From Blastocatellia bacterium (GTDB taxonomy: Bacteria; Acidobacteriota; Blastocatellia; UBA7656), in contig DATENM010000023.1 in the NCBI GenBank assembly GCA_035275065.1, positions 71,215-135,214 of the forward strand: a stretch of 64,000 nucleotides of DNA, in the 5' to 3' direction. The translations under genes were made by a program, and so were the position numbers. Under the pieces are notes generated by a model, which had not been told where the DNA came from, searched no databases, and worked only from the letters and a program-made list of their open reading frames with translations. Shown one piece after another: positions 1 through 9,819 of the stretch. Position 1 is the stretch's first letter. Each line of letters opens with the position of its first letter.

Positions 1-315
1 TTCCACGAAGGCGGGCTCAATACGCACACATGGAAGTTTGTCACTCGCACGAAGCAGTCGAACCTGACGCTCAAGCGGGGCATCGTCAATAAGGCGCTCT
101 GGGACTGGTACCAAGATCAGATACAGGGCAAGATGCGATTCCGCAATGTAACGATCCTTGTCCACGACCCTTCGGGGAAGAGCGATGTACTCGAATTCCA
201 GATCATACAAGCCTTTCCGATCAAATGGGTCGGGCCTGAGCTTAGCGCGGCTCAGAACAATATAGCTGTTGAAACTGTCGAGTTCGCCCATCAAGGGCTC
301 GAACGGATCAAGTGA
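1..315 (+). CDS. Contractile-tail tube protein, C-terminal part (T4 gp19 / Afp1-Afp5 family); 5' end lies outside the window
   Basis: The open frame runs from position 1 to a TGA stop at 313-315. The C-terminal motif ...WVGPELSAAQNNIAVETVEFAHQGLERIK is typical of eCIS and phage tube proteins, and the downstream gene order matches afp5-afp6-afp7. Confidence 0.6.
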   Translation, partial: FHEGGLNTHTWKFVTRTKQSNLTLKRGIVNKALWDWYQDQIQGKMRFRNVTILVHDPSGKSDVLEFQIIQAFPIKWVGPELSAAQNNIAVETVEFAHQGLERIK

Positions 316-363
316 CAATGACCGAACAGGTGAGAATGACAAAACAATTGGAGGCGTAAGCAG

Positions 364-561
364 ATGCCAGTGTTTGTAGAGGAGATGACCAGCGATGTTT
401 CTGTGGCCGAAGGCGAGTTGCCGCTCAGCCCGTCGCAGGTCGAAAAGCTCGTGCAACTGGTCCTGAAAAGGCTCGCCGAAAACCAACGGGACGACAGGCG
501 GAGGCGCGAGGCGATACAGCTTCGCCGGCAAGCCGCCGAGCCGTTCGAGCCGGGTAGCTGA
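364..561 (+). CDS. Small hypothetical protein in the Afp6 position, between the tube and the LysM initiator
   Basis: 65-aa ORF with an RBS-like GGAGG upstream. It is tightly packed between the tube gene and the LysM gene. There is no recognisable domain, so the assignment rests on position only. Confidence 0.4.
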   Translation: MPVFVEEMTSDVSVAEGELPLSPSQVEKLVQLVLKRLAENQRDDRRRREAIQLRRQAAEPFEPGS

Positions 562-570
562 GGACGCCAG

Positions 571-1269
571 ATGTCGCTTCAGAAGGCGGTCATAGAAGTC
601 GATGCCAATGACCGCGGGCCGAACCTGCCCGCGCGAATCGTCGTGCAGTTTAATCCGGCCGAATATACCCTGGCGAAGGGCGCGCAGATTGCCGAGATCG
701 CGATCCCTGGCATCGACTCACCCATACTCCAATTCGTCCGGGGGCAAAATGAGAAGCTGACGCTGGAGCTTTTCTTCGATACGACGCAGTCCGGGATGGG
801 CGAGCAGGCAGTGCGCGACGTGCGCGAATTGACCGACCCGGTTTATCAGCTCGTCAAAATACAGTCGAAGACGCATGCGCCGCCACGCGTTCGCTTCATC
901 TGGGGCAACGGCCTCTCCTTTCGCGCCATAGTCGAGAGCGTTCAGCAAAAATTCACAGTCTTTAACCCGGCAGGGATCCCGCTGCGCGCCGCGCTCGCCG
1001 TTTCCTTCCGCGAGTACAAGACTCTCGAAGAGCAACTCAAAGAGCTGAACCTTCAGTCGGCCGATCACACCAAGCGCCGCAAGGTGCGCCAGGGCGATAC
1101 CCTGGCTCAGATCGCGTTCGAAGAGTACAGGGACGCTTCGAAGTGGCGGCGCATCGCTGAAGAGCCCGCAAACGCAACGGCCCTGGCCGACCCGCGCCGC
1201 CTCGTTCCCGGCACGGAGATCGTCATCCCGGCGCTGGATGTCTTCGGCAACCCGGACCGGAGGACTTAG
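571..1269 (+). CDS. Tube-initiator-like protein with a C-terminal LysM domain (Afp7-like)
   Basis: The N-terminal half is tube-like (QFNPAEYTL..., LTLELFFDT). The C-terminus carries a LysM motif (VRQGDTLAQIAFEEY...WRRIAE...LVPGTEIVIP). The stop codon abuts the next start (TAG then ATG). Confidence 0.7.
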   Translation: MSLQKAVIEVDANDRGPNLPARIVVQFNPAEYTLAKGAQIAEIAIPGIDSPILQFVRGQNEKLTLELFFDTTQSGMGEQAVRDVRELTDPVYQLVKIQSKTHAPPRVRFIWGNGLSFRAIVESVQQKFTVFNPAGIPLRAALAVSFREYKTLEEQLKELNLQSADHTKRRKVRQGDTLAQIAFEEYRDASKWRRIAEEPANATALADPRRLVPGTEIVIPALDVFGNPDRRT

Positions 1270-2394
1270 ATGTCATCGACGGAGGCCGTTCCAATTTACG
1301 GGGGACAGGATTTTTACGTCCCACAATTTCAGGTCAAGATCGCCGGCCGGCCGCCAGGGCAGGACGTGATACGCGACATCCAACAGGTAAGCTATAAGGA
1401 CAATATCCAGGAAATCGACAGCTTCGAGATCACGATCAACAACTGGGACGCGGCCGAGCGCGCCTTTAAGTATAGCGACAGCAACCTGTTCGACCCGGGC
1501 AAGGAATTGGAGCTTTGGATGGGCTATTTCGGCAAGGATAGTTTGCGATTGATGATTCGCGGGCAGATCACGGCGCTGCGCCCTGCCTTCCCCGCCAGCG
1601 GCAGTTCGACGCTCGCCATCAGCGGCCTTAATGTGCTGCACAAACTTCGCACAAAGCAGGAGTCTCATGCTTATGAGAACATGACCGACTCTCAGATCGC
1701 ACGACTGGTCGGCTCCCGGCTCGGCATAAAGATTTTGACCGGGAATGGTGCGGGCGAAGAGAAATACAAGTACATCTTCCAGGATAACCAGTACGACATC
1801 ATCTTTCTCATGGAGCGCGCCCGCCGCATAGGGTATGAGCTTGTAGCCGAGGAACAGGGGCAGAACGGACAGGCCGCAGAGACCGTCCTTAAATTCGCAC
1901 CCTCTTTAAACACCCGCAAGCTCACCTACCGCCTGAGCTACGGGCGCTCGCTCATCGAGTTCAAGCCCGATCTGACAACCGCAAACCAGGTAGGCGAAGT
2001 TACGGTTCGGGGATGGGACTCGCTGAACAAGAAAAAGATCGAGTACACGGCAAAGCGCAGCGAGATAGTCACCAAGGGGGTCGGGGCTGAAGGGAATCAG
2101 TCTGCCATCGAGCAATCATTCAACCAGCGGAAAGAGATCATAGCGACCAAGCCAATCGAGAGCGAGGCCGAGGCGAAAACGCTTGCGGTCCAGACCCTGG
2201 AAAAGATCGCCAAAGATATGGTGAAAGGGAGCGGCTCGACCGTGGGGCTGCCCGACCTGCGCGCGGGCAACGTCGTCGAGATAGATGGGCTCGGAAAGCG
2301 TTTCACCGGCAGGTACTTCATAACCTCCACCACACACGCCATCGGCGATAGCGGGTATACGACGCAGTTCGAATGCCGCCGCGAGGAAATATGA
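1270..2394 (+). CDS. Baseplate hub protein, phage late control gene D / gp27-like (N-terminal VgrG-like module)
   Basis: 374 aa. The C-terminal end (...RFTGRYFITSTTHAIGDSGYTTQFECRRE) is characteristic of the Phage_GPD family. It sits in the Afp8 position. Confidence 0.75.
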   Translation: MSSTEAVPIYGGQDFYVPQFQVKIAGRPPGQDVIRDIQQVSYKDNIQEIDSFEITINNWDAAERAFKYSDSNLFDPGKELELWMGYFGKDSLRLMIRGQITALRPAFPASGSSTLAISGLNVLHKLRTKQESHAYENMTDSQIARLVGSRLGIKILTGNGAGEEKYKYIFQDNQYDIIFLMERARRIGYELVAEEQGQNGQAAETVLKFAPSLNTRKLTYRLSYGRSLIEFKPDLTTANQVGEVTVRGWDSLNKKKIEYTAKRSEIVTKGVGAEGNQSAIEQSFNQRKEIIATKPIESEAEAKTLAVQTLEKIAKDMVKGSGSTVGLPDLRAGNVVEIDGLGKRFTGRYFITSTTHAIGDSGYTTQFECRREEI

Positions 2395-2969
2395 AGCAAC
2401 GAGAAAACGGCATCGTGATCGGTACGGTCATGGACCTTGATGACCCGGAAAAGCTTGGGCGGGTTAAAGTGCGGCTCGCGCAATACAACGACGAGCAGAG
2501 TTGCTGGGCGAGGCTCGTCGCGCCAATGGCGGGAAAGCAGCGCGGCTTTTTCTTCCGGCCTGAAAAAGAAGACGAGGTTCTGATCGCGTTCGAAAACGGA
2601 GACCCGCGCCGCGCCTACGTGCTTGGCGCACTCTGGAGCAAGGTCGATGCCCCGCCGCCGGATGACGGCAAAAAAGATAACAACTGGCGGTTCATCGTCT
2701 CGCGTTCGGGCCACATACTCAAGCTCGATGACACGAGCGGAGCTGAGAAGGTCGAAGTCATAGATAAAAGCGGCAAGCACAAGATCGTGCTCGACGCATC
2801 GGGCGATAAAATCCAGATCATCTGCGACAGCGGGAATGTAGAAGTGAAGGCCCCGGCCGGCTCCGTCAAAGTCGATGCGCAATCAATCGAGATAAACGCA
2901 TCGGCCGACATGACGCTGACGGCCGGGACCCAGCTCAAGATTCAGGGCAACAAGGTAGACATTAACTGA
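2391..2969 (+). CDS. Spike protein, gpV/gp5 OB-fold plus beta-helix (C-terminal VgrG-like module)
   Basis: MKQRENGIVIGTV...GRVKVRL...WARL is a Gp5/VgrG OB-fold. The C-terminal repeats (KVEVIDKSGKHKIVLDASGDKIQIICDSGNVEVKA) fit a beta-helix. The ATG overlaps the upstream stop as ATGA. The ORF track offers an alternative start at 2373. Confidence 0.7.
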   Translation: MKQRENGIVIGTVMDLDDPEKLGRVKVRLAQYNDEQSCWARLVAPMAGKQRGFFFRPEKEDEVLIAFENGDPRRAYVLGALWSKVDAPPPDDGKKDNNWRFIVSRSGHILKLDDTSGAEKVEVIDKSGKHKIVLDASGDKIQIICDSGNVEVKAPAGSVKVDAQSIEINASADMTLTAGTQLKIQGNKVDIN

Positions 2970-2979
2970 AGGGGGCGAC

Positions 2980-3369
2980 ATGGGGCAGCCGGCAGCAAAA
3001 CAAGGGGACCGTATTACGGCGACCGACATCCATCTCATACAGCCGCCCGGGCCGAGTTCGCCCGTCCCGACGCCTCACCCGTTCAGCGGGGTCATAGACG
3101 GGAATCTCAGCGGCAACGTCAATATTGAAGGTCGCGCGGCGGCGACCGTGAACAGCACGGCGACCAACACGCCCCCACACATCCCGCAGGGCGGGACGTT
3201 CGTTGTCCCGCCGAAAAACCGCGCGACGATCATCACCGGAAGCCTGACGGTTTCGATCAATGGAAAGCCGGCGGCGCGCTCCGGCGACACCGCGCTGACC
3301 TGCAATGACCCTGTTGATATGCCTGTAGGAACAGTTGTGGCGCAAGGAACGGTGAATATAGGTGGCTGA
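2980..3369 (+). CDS. PAAR-domain spike tip protein
   Basis: 129 aa, Gly-rich, with a literal PAAR motif (INGKPAARSGD) and a further ...GDTALTC motif. Confidence 0.75.
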   Translation: MGQPAAKQGDRITATDIHLIQPPGPSSPVPTPHPFSGVIDGNLSGNVNIEGRAAATVNSTATNTPPHIPQGGTFVVPPKNRATIITGSLTVSINGKPAARSGDTALTCNDPVDMPVGTVVAQGTVNIGG

Positions 3370-3769
3370 CATACGCGGAGATTTCATAGGTCAGGGCTGG
3401 CGGTTTCCGGTCAAGCCTGATTTGCAGGGCCGGTTGAACCTGGTTTCAGGCGACGAGGAGATACGCCAGAGCATATGGCTAATCCTGACGACCGCACCCG
3501 GCGAGCGGCAGATGAGGCCGGAGTTCGGATGCGGCATTTGCGATCTGGTCTTTGATGCAAACACGGCTATGCTGCACGGCCTGGTGCAGGAGAAGGTGAA
3601 GTCGGCCCTTACCAAATGGGAGCCGCGCATAGACGTTATCGATGTGCGGGTTGAAGCGCCGCCCGAACAGCGCAACCTGTTGTTGATCCAGGTCGATTAT
3701 CGCATCCGCGCCAACAACGCTTTTTTCAATCTGGTCTACCCATTCTTCCTGATTGAAGGAGCAGGGTGA
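3362..3769 (+). CDS. Baseplate wedge protein, GPW/gp25 family
   Basis: 135 aa. IRQSIWLILTTAPGER...PEFGCGI is the gp25-like signature. It overlaps the PAAR gene by 8 nt. Confidence 0.8.
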   Translation: MADIRGDFIGQGWRFPVKPDLQGRLNLVSGDEEIRQSIWLILTTAPGERQMRPEFGCGICDLVFDANTAMLHGLVQEKVKSALTKWEPRIDVIDVRVEAPPEQRNLLLIQVDYRIRANNAFFNLVYPFFLIEGAG

Positions 3770-5717
3770 TCGTATGCCTCTCGAAGAGCCAAAACTGGAC
3801 GACCGGGAGTTCGAGCAGTTGGTCAGGGAACTGCGCCTGCGCATCCCGCGCTACACAAAGGACTGGACCAACTTCAACGACAGTGACCCTGGCATCACGC
3901 TGCTACACCTTTTCGCGTGGCTTTCAGAGATGATGCTCTTCCGAATGAATCAGGTCCCGCTCAAGAACTATATAAAGTTCCTGAAACTGCTCGGCCAGGA
4001 ACTCCGGCCGGCGAGACCTGCCAGAGCGCGCCTGACCTTTACGGCAACCCCCGGAGCGCAGGCCAAACCGGTCCCGGAACGGGCGCAGGTTTCCGCGCAG
4101 ATCGATGATGGCGGCGAGCCCCTGATCTTTGAAACTGAAAGAGGGCTGGATGTGATAAGCCTCCCGCTCGAAGACGTGGGCATCTTCGATGGCGCGGCCT
4201 TCATAAATGTAACCGAAGCGAATAAGGCCCCCGGCACAAAGTTCCGCCCGTTCGGGTTTGCCCCCGACGTAGGTAACGCGTTTTATCTGGGGTTCAAGCC
4301 GCCTGACGAGCCGCTCGATGCGCAGGCCGAACCGTTCCCGCAAGAGATGACCTTCGCCGTCTTTTTGCCGCCGGAGACAACTGCCGGAAGGCCGCAGAAA
4401 TGCACAGGCGAGCAGAGCCCGCCCGTGCCCCCTGTCAGTCTCGTCTGGGAATTCCGCCCCAGGGCGAACGACACGACCTGGCAGCGACTGAACGTCTTCG
4501 AAGACGAGACGGCGGCCTTCACTCGCGAAGGATACATCCGCGTGGAAGGGCCGCGGGAGATAGAACCGTCTGTGGAGGCGCGCCTGAGCCCGACGCCTCG
4601 GTTCTGGATTCGCGTGCGGATTGCCGGGCCAGCTACTTACCCGGCGGGCCGAGCTCCGCAGATTGATTTCCTGCGCCCGAATACAGTCAATGCCGTGAAC
4701 CTCAGTACTGTGCGCGGGGAGATACTCGGCGAGAGCCAGGGGCAGCCGGGCGAGCAGTTTCAACTCTTGAGAAAACCCGTTGACAAAGCATCGCTGAAAT
4801 TGAGAACCGAGCTGCCCGACAGCGAGCCCGAACAGTGGACAAAGGTAGAGGATTTTTATGCCTCAAAGGCGGGCGATTCGCATTACACCCTCAACGCCAC
4901 AGCCGCGATCATTCAGTTCGGCGACGGGACGAAGGGCCGCATCCCCGAAGCGGGGGCGCAGGTGATTGCCACGGAATACCGATACGGCGGCGGCGCGCGC
5001 GGCAACAACGCGGGCAAGGGGTCTATAAAGAATCCGCAAACGGTACTGGAAGGCATAGATAAAGTTACCAACGAAAGGCCCGCTGTCGGCGGCGCCGACG
5101 AGCAGACGCTGGAAGAGATAAAAACCGAAGCGCCTTCGCTGCTCAGGCAGCGTAATCGCGCGGTGACGCCAGAGGATTTCAAGGCTTCGGTTGAAGAGAT
5201 GGGCGGTGTGGCTAAAGCGAGGGCCTTGTCGCTGTTCCACCCGGATCATCCGGGCGTAGAGGTGCCCGGCGCTGTCACGGTCGTGATTGTCCCTGACAAT
5301 GAAGAGAAACCACCAAAGCCTTCGGGTGATCTGATTCGCGAAATCTGCGCCGCGCTCGATGAAAAGCGGCTGCTTACGACCGAGGTCTTCGTCAAAGGCC
5401 CCGAGTATCAGGAAGTGCGCGTCGAGGCGCGCGTGACGGCCGAGCCATACGCTTCATTCAATGCCGTCACGATCTCTGTTATCAAAGCACTCGATAAGCT
5501 GCTGGACCCACGCCAGGGAAAATTCGGCGAGGAGCTGTTCCCAACAAGCTTGTACGGCACTATCTTGCAAGTGCCGAGCGTGGTGGCCGTGCTGTCGCTG
5601 AATGTCTTCGTCAACGGCAGGCGGCACGAAGGTCTTAAGCCAATCCAAGTGCCTCTCGACGGTCTGGTCTTCGGCCGTAATCACATCATCACGGTTGAGC
5701 CTCGACAGGATCAATAG
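3753..5717 (+). CDS. Baseplate J-like protein (gp6 / Afp11-like)
   Basis: 654 aa. The N-terminus (EFEQLVRELRLRIPRYTKDWTNFNDSDPGITLLHLFAWLSEMM) is the typical start of the Baseplate_J family. Confidence 0.8.
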   Translation: MKEQGDRMPLEEPKLDDREFEQLVRELRLRIPRYTKDWTNFNDSDPGITLLHLFAWLSEMMLFRMNQVPLKNYIKFLKLLGQELRPARPARARLTFTATPGAQAKPVPERAQVSAQIDDGGEPLIFETERGLDVISLPLEDVGIFDGAAFINVTEANKAPGTKFRPFGFAPDVGNAFYLGFKPPDEPLDAQAEPFPQEMTFAVFLPPETTAGRPQKCTGEQSPPVPPVSLVWEFRPRANDTTWQRLNVFEDETAAFTREGYIRVEGPREIEPSVEARLSPTPRFWIRVRIAGPATYPAGRAPQIDFLRPNTVNAVNLSTVRGEILGESQGQPGEQFQLLRKPVDKASLKLRTELPDSEPEQWTKVEDFYASKAGDSHYTLNATAAIIQFGDGTKGRIPEAGAQVIATEYRYGGGARGNNAGKGSIKNPQTVLEGIDKVTNERPAVGGADEQTLEEIKTEAPSLLRQRNRAVTPEDFKASVEEMGGVAKARALSLFHPDHPGVEVPGAVTVVIVPDNEEKPPKPSGDLIREICAALDEKRLLTTEVFVKGPEYQEVRVEARVTAEPYASFNAVTISVIKALDKLLDPRQGKFGEELFPTSLYGTILQVPSVVAVLSLNVFVNGRRHEGLKPIQVPLDGLVFGRNHIITVEPRQDQ

Positions 5718-5725
5718 GACCGTTT

Positions 5726-8386
5726 ATGCGACTTGAACCTCAAGGTGCGACATTCTGGTTGATCGGCGGCCAGGGCGGCTGGGAGAAGCGAACCGCCGAG
5801 ACGAGCCAGACTGCCGTAAACGACTCTGATGGCGTTCGCCTTGGGGCGGCGCGCGGCGGGCCGCTCTCGCTTGATGCGCCAGATTGCAGCCTCGGAGGTC
5901 TTATTCTTCCTCGCGGCTTTGCGCTCGACGGCCAGAACACTTTGTACCTTTTGAGCCGTGAAGACCTCTGCATCAAACGCTACGACCCGGAGACGCGCAC
6001 ATTTCAACGGCTGCCTGAGATTGGCGGCGCGGGGTCCGAGCCGCGCCAGTTTAAGAAGCCCAGGAACATCGCCATTGCGGGCAAATGGCTTTATGTAGCG
6101 GACTCTGAAAACCGCCGCGTCCAGGTATTTGATCTCGAAAACCTCGCGCTCACTGAAATCTGGGGGCCGACGGGAGCGCGCGCCGAGTGGCAGCCTGTTG
6201 ATGTCGCCGAACACAAAAGGAGTGTTTACATACTCGACCGTCACAAAGCCCGCATCTATCGCCATACGCCCGGAAGCCTTCTTCGAGAGCATTCCTCGTG
6301 TCCCGGCCGCGAGGACCAGTGGACCAGAATTGCGGTTGACCGGGAAGGTCGCATCTACTTGCTCAAAGAGATTAAAGATCAAGAACCTGTCCTTGAGATG
6401 TCTGACTGCAAAGGGCCTGGCTTTAAAGACGCCGGCACGCTTCGCGACCGATTCGACCCTCCGGCAATAAGGCTCGATGAGGCCGGGCGGTTCTGTCTTC
6501 CGCCGTCGCTCGCAAGACTATGCGCTCGGCAAATGCCGCGAGCCGCGCCCGCCCCGGAGGCGCAGCTAGGTCTGTGCGCGCCATTCGATAGGGAGCTGCG
6601 GAGATGTGAAGAACCGGCGGCTCCGAGGACGGTTCGGACCGCGGCAGGAGCTTTCCTGGTCTACGTCCTTGAGCGCGAGCAACGTCGTGTTCGCGCTTAC
6701 ACAATTGATGGGCTAAGACTGCGCCACGCCTGGGGCCACGCACTCGACTGGAAACCGGTCGATGTGGCCGCGCGCGGCATGATGGCCTGTGTGCTAGACG
6801 AAGACGGGACGGTCTATCGACACAGGGCTGGCCGGGAAGAGATACGCGCCGTTGTGCCCACGCGCGAAAGGCCGCCGATCCCTACGCGCATCGCCATTGA
6901 CAATAAAGGAGCGATCCTTCTTCACGCGCCCGGCGAGCCGACGGTCCTTGTCTATGACTGCCGGGAGAGCAGACGCGGGGAGAGACGCTATAGCGAAGTC
7001 GCCGACCTCTTTGAAGCAGCCGAACCGAAGGAAGCGCCCTCGCTATCTACCGGCCTGATCTTTGACAAGCAGGGCGAGCCGGTCGAATCGCTCGACCCAA
7101 AGGATCAGTCAGGGCTTGCGCTGTATCAGACCTCAGGTACGTGGCAGGGCAAACCGCTCGACAGCTCGATCTACAGATGTCAGTGGCATCGCATAGAATT
7201 GAACGCCTCCGGCCTTCCTCCAGGCAGCCGCATCGAAGTGAGAACCTACGCGCACGAGGAAGAGGAAGATGTTATAGGCGTGCCTGACCAACAGTGGCAG
7301 CACGCTTACACAATCCTTGCTCCTATTGAACCGCCACAGTGCGACCAGAAGGATGTTCGTAGATTTGAGTTCCTGGTTCAGAGCGGCAGCGGGCGTTACC
7401 TGTCGATCATGATGAAGCTCGACGCGGACAGCTTCAGCACCCCTGTCGTGCAATCGATCAAGGCGCATTACCCGCGAGAGTCTTATCTGAAATACCTGCC
7501 CGCGGCCTGGTCTGCCGACGACGAGAGTCGCATGTTTTTGGAGCGATTCCTGGCCATCTTCCAGACCGAGTGGGACGACATAGAACTGCGGATCGACGAG
7601 ATCGCGCAATACTTCGATCCCGAAGCGGTGCCGGACGGACCTTTCCTCGAATACCTCGCAAGGCAGTGGCTGGCCTTACCGCTTGAAGGCGACTGGAATC
7701 AAGGCCAGAAACGTAAACTGCTCGCCGCTGTGCCGAAGATATACCCGCATCGCGGCAAGCTTCGCGGCCTGCGCGATTTCATCGCGGTTTATCTGGCGAA
7801 CATGGCGAACCTGCCTGCCGACGAGGTGCGCGGCACGGATTTCCCGGTCATCGTCGAAGGGTTCAGAGAGCGGCAACACCTTATCCTCGCGGAGGGCGCA
7901 AGCAGGCTCGGACAATCAGGACCACCGCTGTGGAGCGCGAGTGTCACAAGAAGGCTGCAACTCGGGGTCTTCTCCCGCGAAGGCGAAGCAGAGCTTGTAT
8001 CTACGGGCGACCCTTCGCGCGACATCTTTCACCACTACGCTCACCGCTTCAGAGTGCTTGTCCCCGCAAGCTGGGTGCGAACCGCCGACGACGAGCGCAA
8101 GATACGGCGCGCGATTGAGGCCGAGAAGCCCGCGCAGACCCGCTATGACCTGTGCTTGCTTGATGCGCGATTCCGAGTCGGCGTGCAATCGACCGTCGGC
8201 GTTGACACGATTATGGGCGAAACGCCACTGACGACGCTGGGCTGTGAACATGTAACGGACCGTCCGCCGAGCCTGCCCCGCAGCGGGCGTCTCGGGTTGG
8301 ACACAATTTTGACTTCGGCCAGGGGAGACATGGTGATGCGACTCGCCCCGGGCGCTACCGTCGGAAAGGGGTCGCTGCTTGCCTAA
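5726..8386 (+). CDS. Large baseplate wedge component (Afp12 / P2 gpI-like), putative
   Basis: 886 aa, placed immediately after Baseplate_J, which is the conserved Afp12 position. There is no sharper domain call from sequence alone. Confidence 0.5.
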   Translation: MRLEPQGATFWLIGGQGGWEKRTAETSQTAVNDSDGVRLGAARGGPLSLDAPDCSLGGLILPRGFALDGQNTLYLLSREDLCIKRYDPETRTFQRLPEIGGAGSEPRQFKKPRNIAIAGKWLYVADSENRRVQVFDLENLALTEIWGPTGARAEWQPVDVAEHKRSVYILDRHKARIYRHTPGSLLREHSSCPGREDQWTRIAVDREGRIYLLKEIKDQEPVLEMSDCKGPGFKDAGTLRDRFDPPAIRLDEAGRFCLPPSLARLCARQMPRAAPAPEAQLGLCAPFDRELRRCEEPAAPRTVRTAAGAFLVYVLEREQRRVRAYTIDGLRLRHAWGHALDWKPVDVAARGMMACVLDEDGTVYRHRAGREEIRAVVPTRERPPIPTRIAIDNKGAILLHAPGEPTVLVYDCRESRRGERRYSEVADLFEAAEPKEAPSLSTGLIFDKQGEPVESLDPKDQSGLALYQTSGTWQGKPLDSSIYRCQWHRIELNASGLPPGSRIEVRTYAHEEEEDVIGVPDQQWQHAYTILAPIEPPQCDQKDVRRFEFLVQSGSGRYLSIMMKLDADSFSTPVVQSIKAHYPRESYLKYLPAAWSADDESRMFLERFLAIFQTEWDDIELRIDEIAQYFDPEAVPDGPFLEYLARQWLALPLEGDWNQGQKRKLLAAVPKIYPHRGKLRGLRDFIAVYLANMANLPADEVRGTDFPVIVEGFRERQHLILAEGASRLGQSGPPLWSASVTRRLQLGVFSREGEAELVSTGDPSRDIFHHYAHRFRVLVPASWVRTADDERKIRRAIEAEKPAQTRYDLCLLDARFRVGVQSTVGVDTIMGETPLTTLGCEHVTDRPPSLPRSGRLGLDTILTSARGDMVMRLAPGATVGKGSLLA

Positions 8387-9800
8387 AAAGGAGAGTGCGA
8401 ATATGAGCGAAGAGGATTACAAAGAATGCGCCGACCTGGCCCTTGAGCGGATGCGATATTTCACAGGGCGTTTTATGACTGCACGCGATTTTCGAGACGA
8501 GCAGGCTTATCATTGGACGCACAGGCTCCTGCACAACCGGATTCTACATGGCTGGGGTGTGGTCTGCGGGTTACATGTAACCGAGCATCCCTCAAAGGAC
8601 TGTCGTGATGATCACGTAAAGGTCAGTTCCGGCATGGCCATAGATTGTTGCGGAAGAGAGGTAGTCGTCAGCAAGAACCTCGTGCCTCCGCCGATACCGT
8701 GGAAGGAAAGGCCCGCCGAAACGGGTCAGTCATCAAACGAGAGCAAAGATCATGAAAAAGACCATGAGGGTGACCGGCGATACTACCCGCTGCTTTGCTT
8801 GGTGTATGAAGAGAAGCTTATAGAACAGGTCCCGGTCCTTTACAGTGAAGGCAACTGCGACGAGCAGAGGCGCGAATACAGCCGCATACTGGAAGGGTAC
8901 GAATTCAAGTGGAGCTGGGTGCGCCGCCGCGACCTGCCTAAGTACCACTGGAAGGTGCGCAGCAGAGGTTGCGACGATGAGTATGAACAGGATCGCACAG
9001 ATTACGATAGCACGGCCGATCAACAGGCGACGCAATCAGAGCAAGCTCTCGAAGAAGGGGGCAAGGAACAGACCCCTGAGCAGCGCGCGGATTACGAGGC
9101 CCGCGCAAGCTCACGCCCGCGCCCGTGTCCTGAGGACGATTGCGATTCTGACGGCGAGCACTACAAGAGTTGCCTCGCGCCCGCTTGTCCGCCGCACCAC
9201 TGTATCCCGATTGCCTGGATACGCTCCCGCCCCGGCTCGCCAATTGATAATGACGAAATCGTTATGATGGGCAGGCCGACGCTGCGCCCTCCGGTTCAAT
9301 CGCTCACGCACATCTGCGAAATCAACTGGCCGCATGGGGGAGTCATGTCGCGCGGTCACCTCGAACGGCTCAAGCGATTGAAGGTGCGATTCGACCGCAG
9401 GCTGAAGAAGCCGGAAAAAGGTGCGGGCAGGCGCGGCCCCTACGGCGTCAACGCTTCGACCTTCGTCGTGCAGTATGGCGCAAGGCAAGAGGACCTGGAT
9501 TTCGTCCCCTACACGACTTCCCCGCACGTCGAGCACGACTGCATAGGGGTTTATTCGCTTAGCCCTGAGGGGGCTGCCGAGGGCGAGCGGGCTTTTTCGC
9601 ATCTCGAAAACCAGGTCGTTTTCGTGACCCTGAAATGCGATTTCATTTTAGACTGCCACGGCGTGCCGGTTGACGGCAACCACCTCGGAGGGCTTTTGCC
9701 GACGGGAGATGGAATTCGCGGCGGCACGTTCGAGAGCTGGTTCCGAGTGCTGCCTGATCACGAGTACGAGAATTACAAGCGCGAGCACAGTCGCGACTAG
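8379..9800 (+). CDS. Paralog 1 of four: putative tail fibre or receptor-binding protein with the shared N-terminal domain
   Basis: 473 aa. The N-terminal ~100 aa (RYFTGRFMTARDFRDEQAYHW...HNRILHGWGVVCGLHV...VKVSSGMAIDCCGREVVV) is shared with the next three ORFs. The C-terminus is acidic and Cys-rich and is unique to this copy. Confidence 0.55.
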   Translation: MPKKESANMSEEDYKECADLALERMRYFTGRFMTARDFRDEQAYHWTHRLLHNRILHGWGVVCGLHVTEHPSKDCRDDHVKVSSGMAIDCCGREVVVSKNLVPPPIPWKERPAETGQSSNESKDHEKDHEGDRRYYPLLCLVYEEKLIEQVPVLYSEGNCDEQRREYSRILEGYEFKWSWVRRRDLPKYHWKVRSRGCDDEYEQDRTDYDSTADQQATQSEQALEEGGKEQTPEQRADYEARASSRPRPCPEDDCDSDGEHYKSCLAPACPPHHCIPIAWIRSRPGSPIDNDEIVMMGRPTLRPPVQSLTHICEINWPHGGVMSRGHLERLKRLKVRFDRRLKKPEKGAGRRGPYGVNASTFVVQYGARQEDLDFVPYTTSPHVEHDCIGVYSLSPEGAAEGERAFSHLENQVVFVTLKCDFILDCHGVPVDGNHLGGLLPTGDGIRGGTFESWFRVLPDHEYENYKREHSRD

Positions 9801-9819
9801 ACTGGAAGGAGTTACGGAT

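Noticed and set aside
2097-2882. Long antisense ORFs in the six-frame track, for example 2097-2882 (-), 3924-4763 (-), 9643-10770 (-), 17007-17705 (-) and 21660-23060 (-, 466 aa)
   Set aside because: They overlap well-supported plus-strand genes with recognisable domains. High-GC DNA generates long stop-free antisense frames. Their composition is Arg/Ala/Pro-rich and they show no domain signatures.
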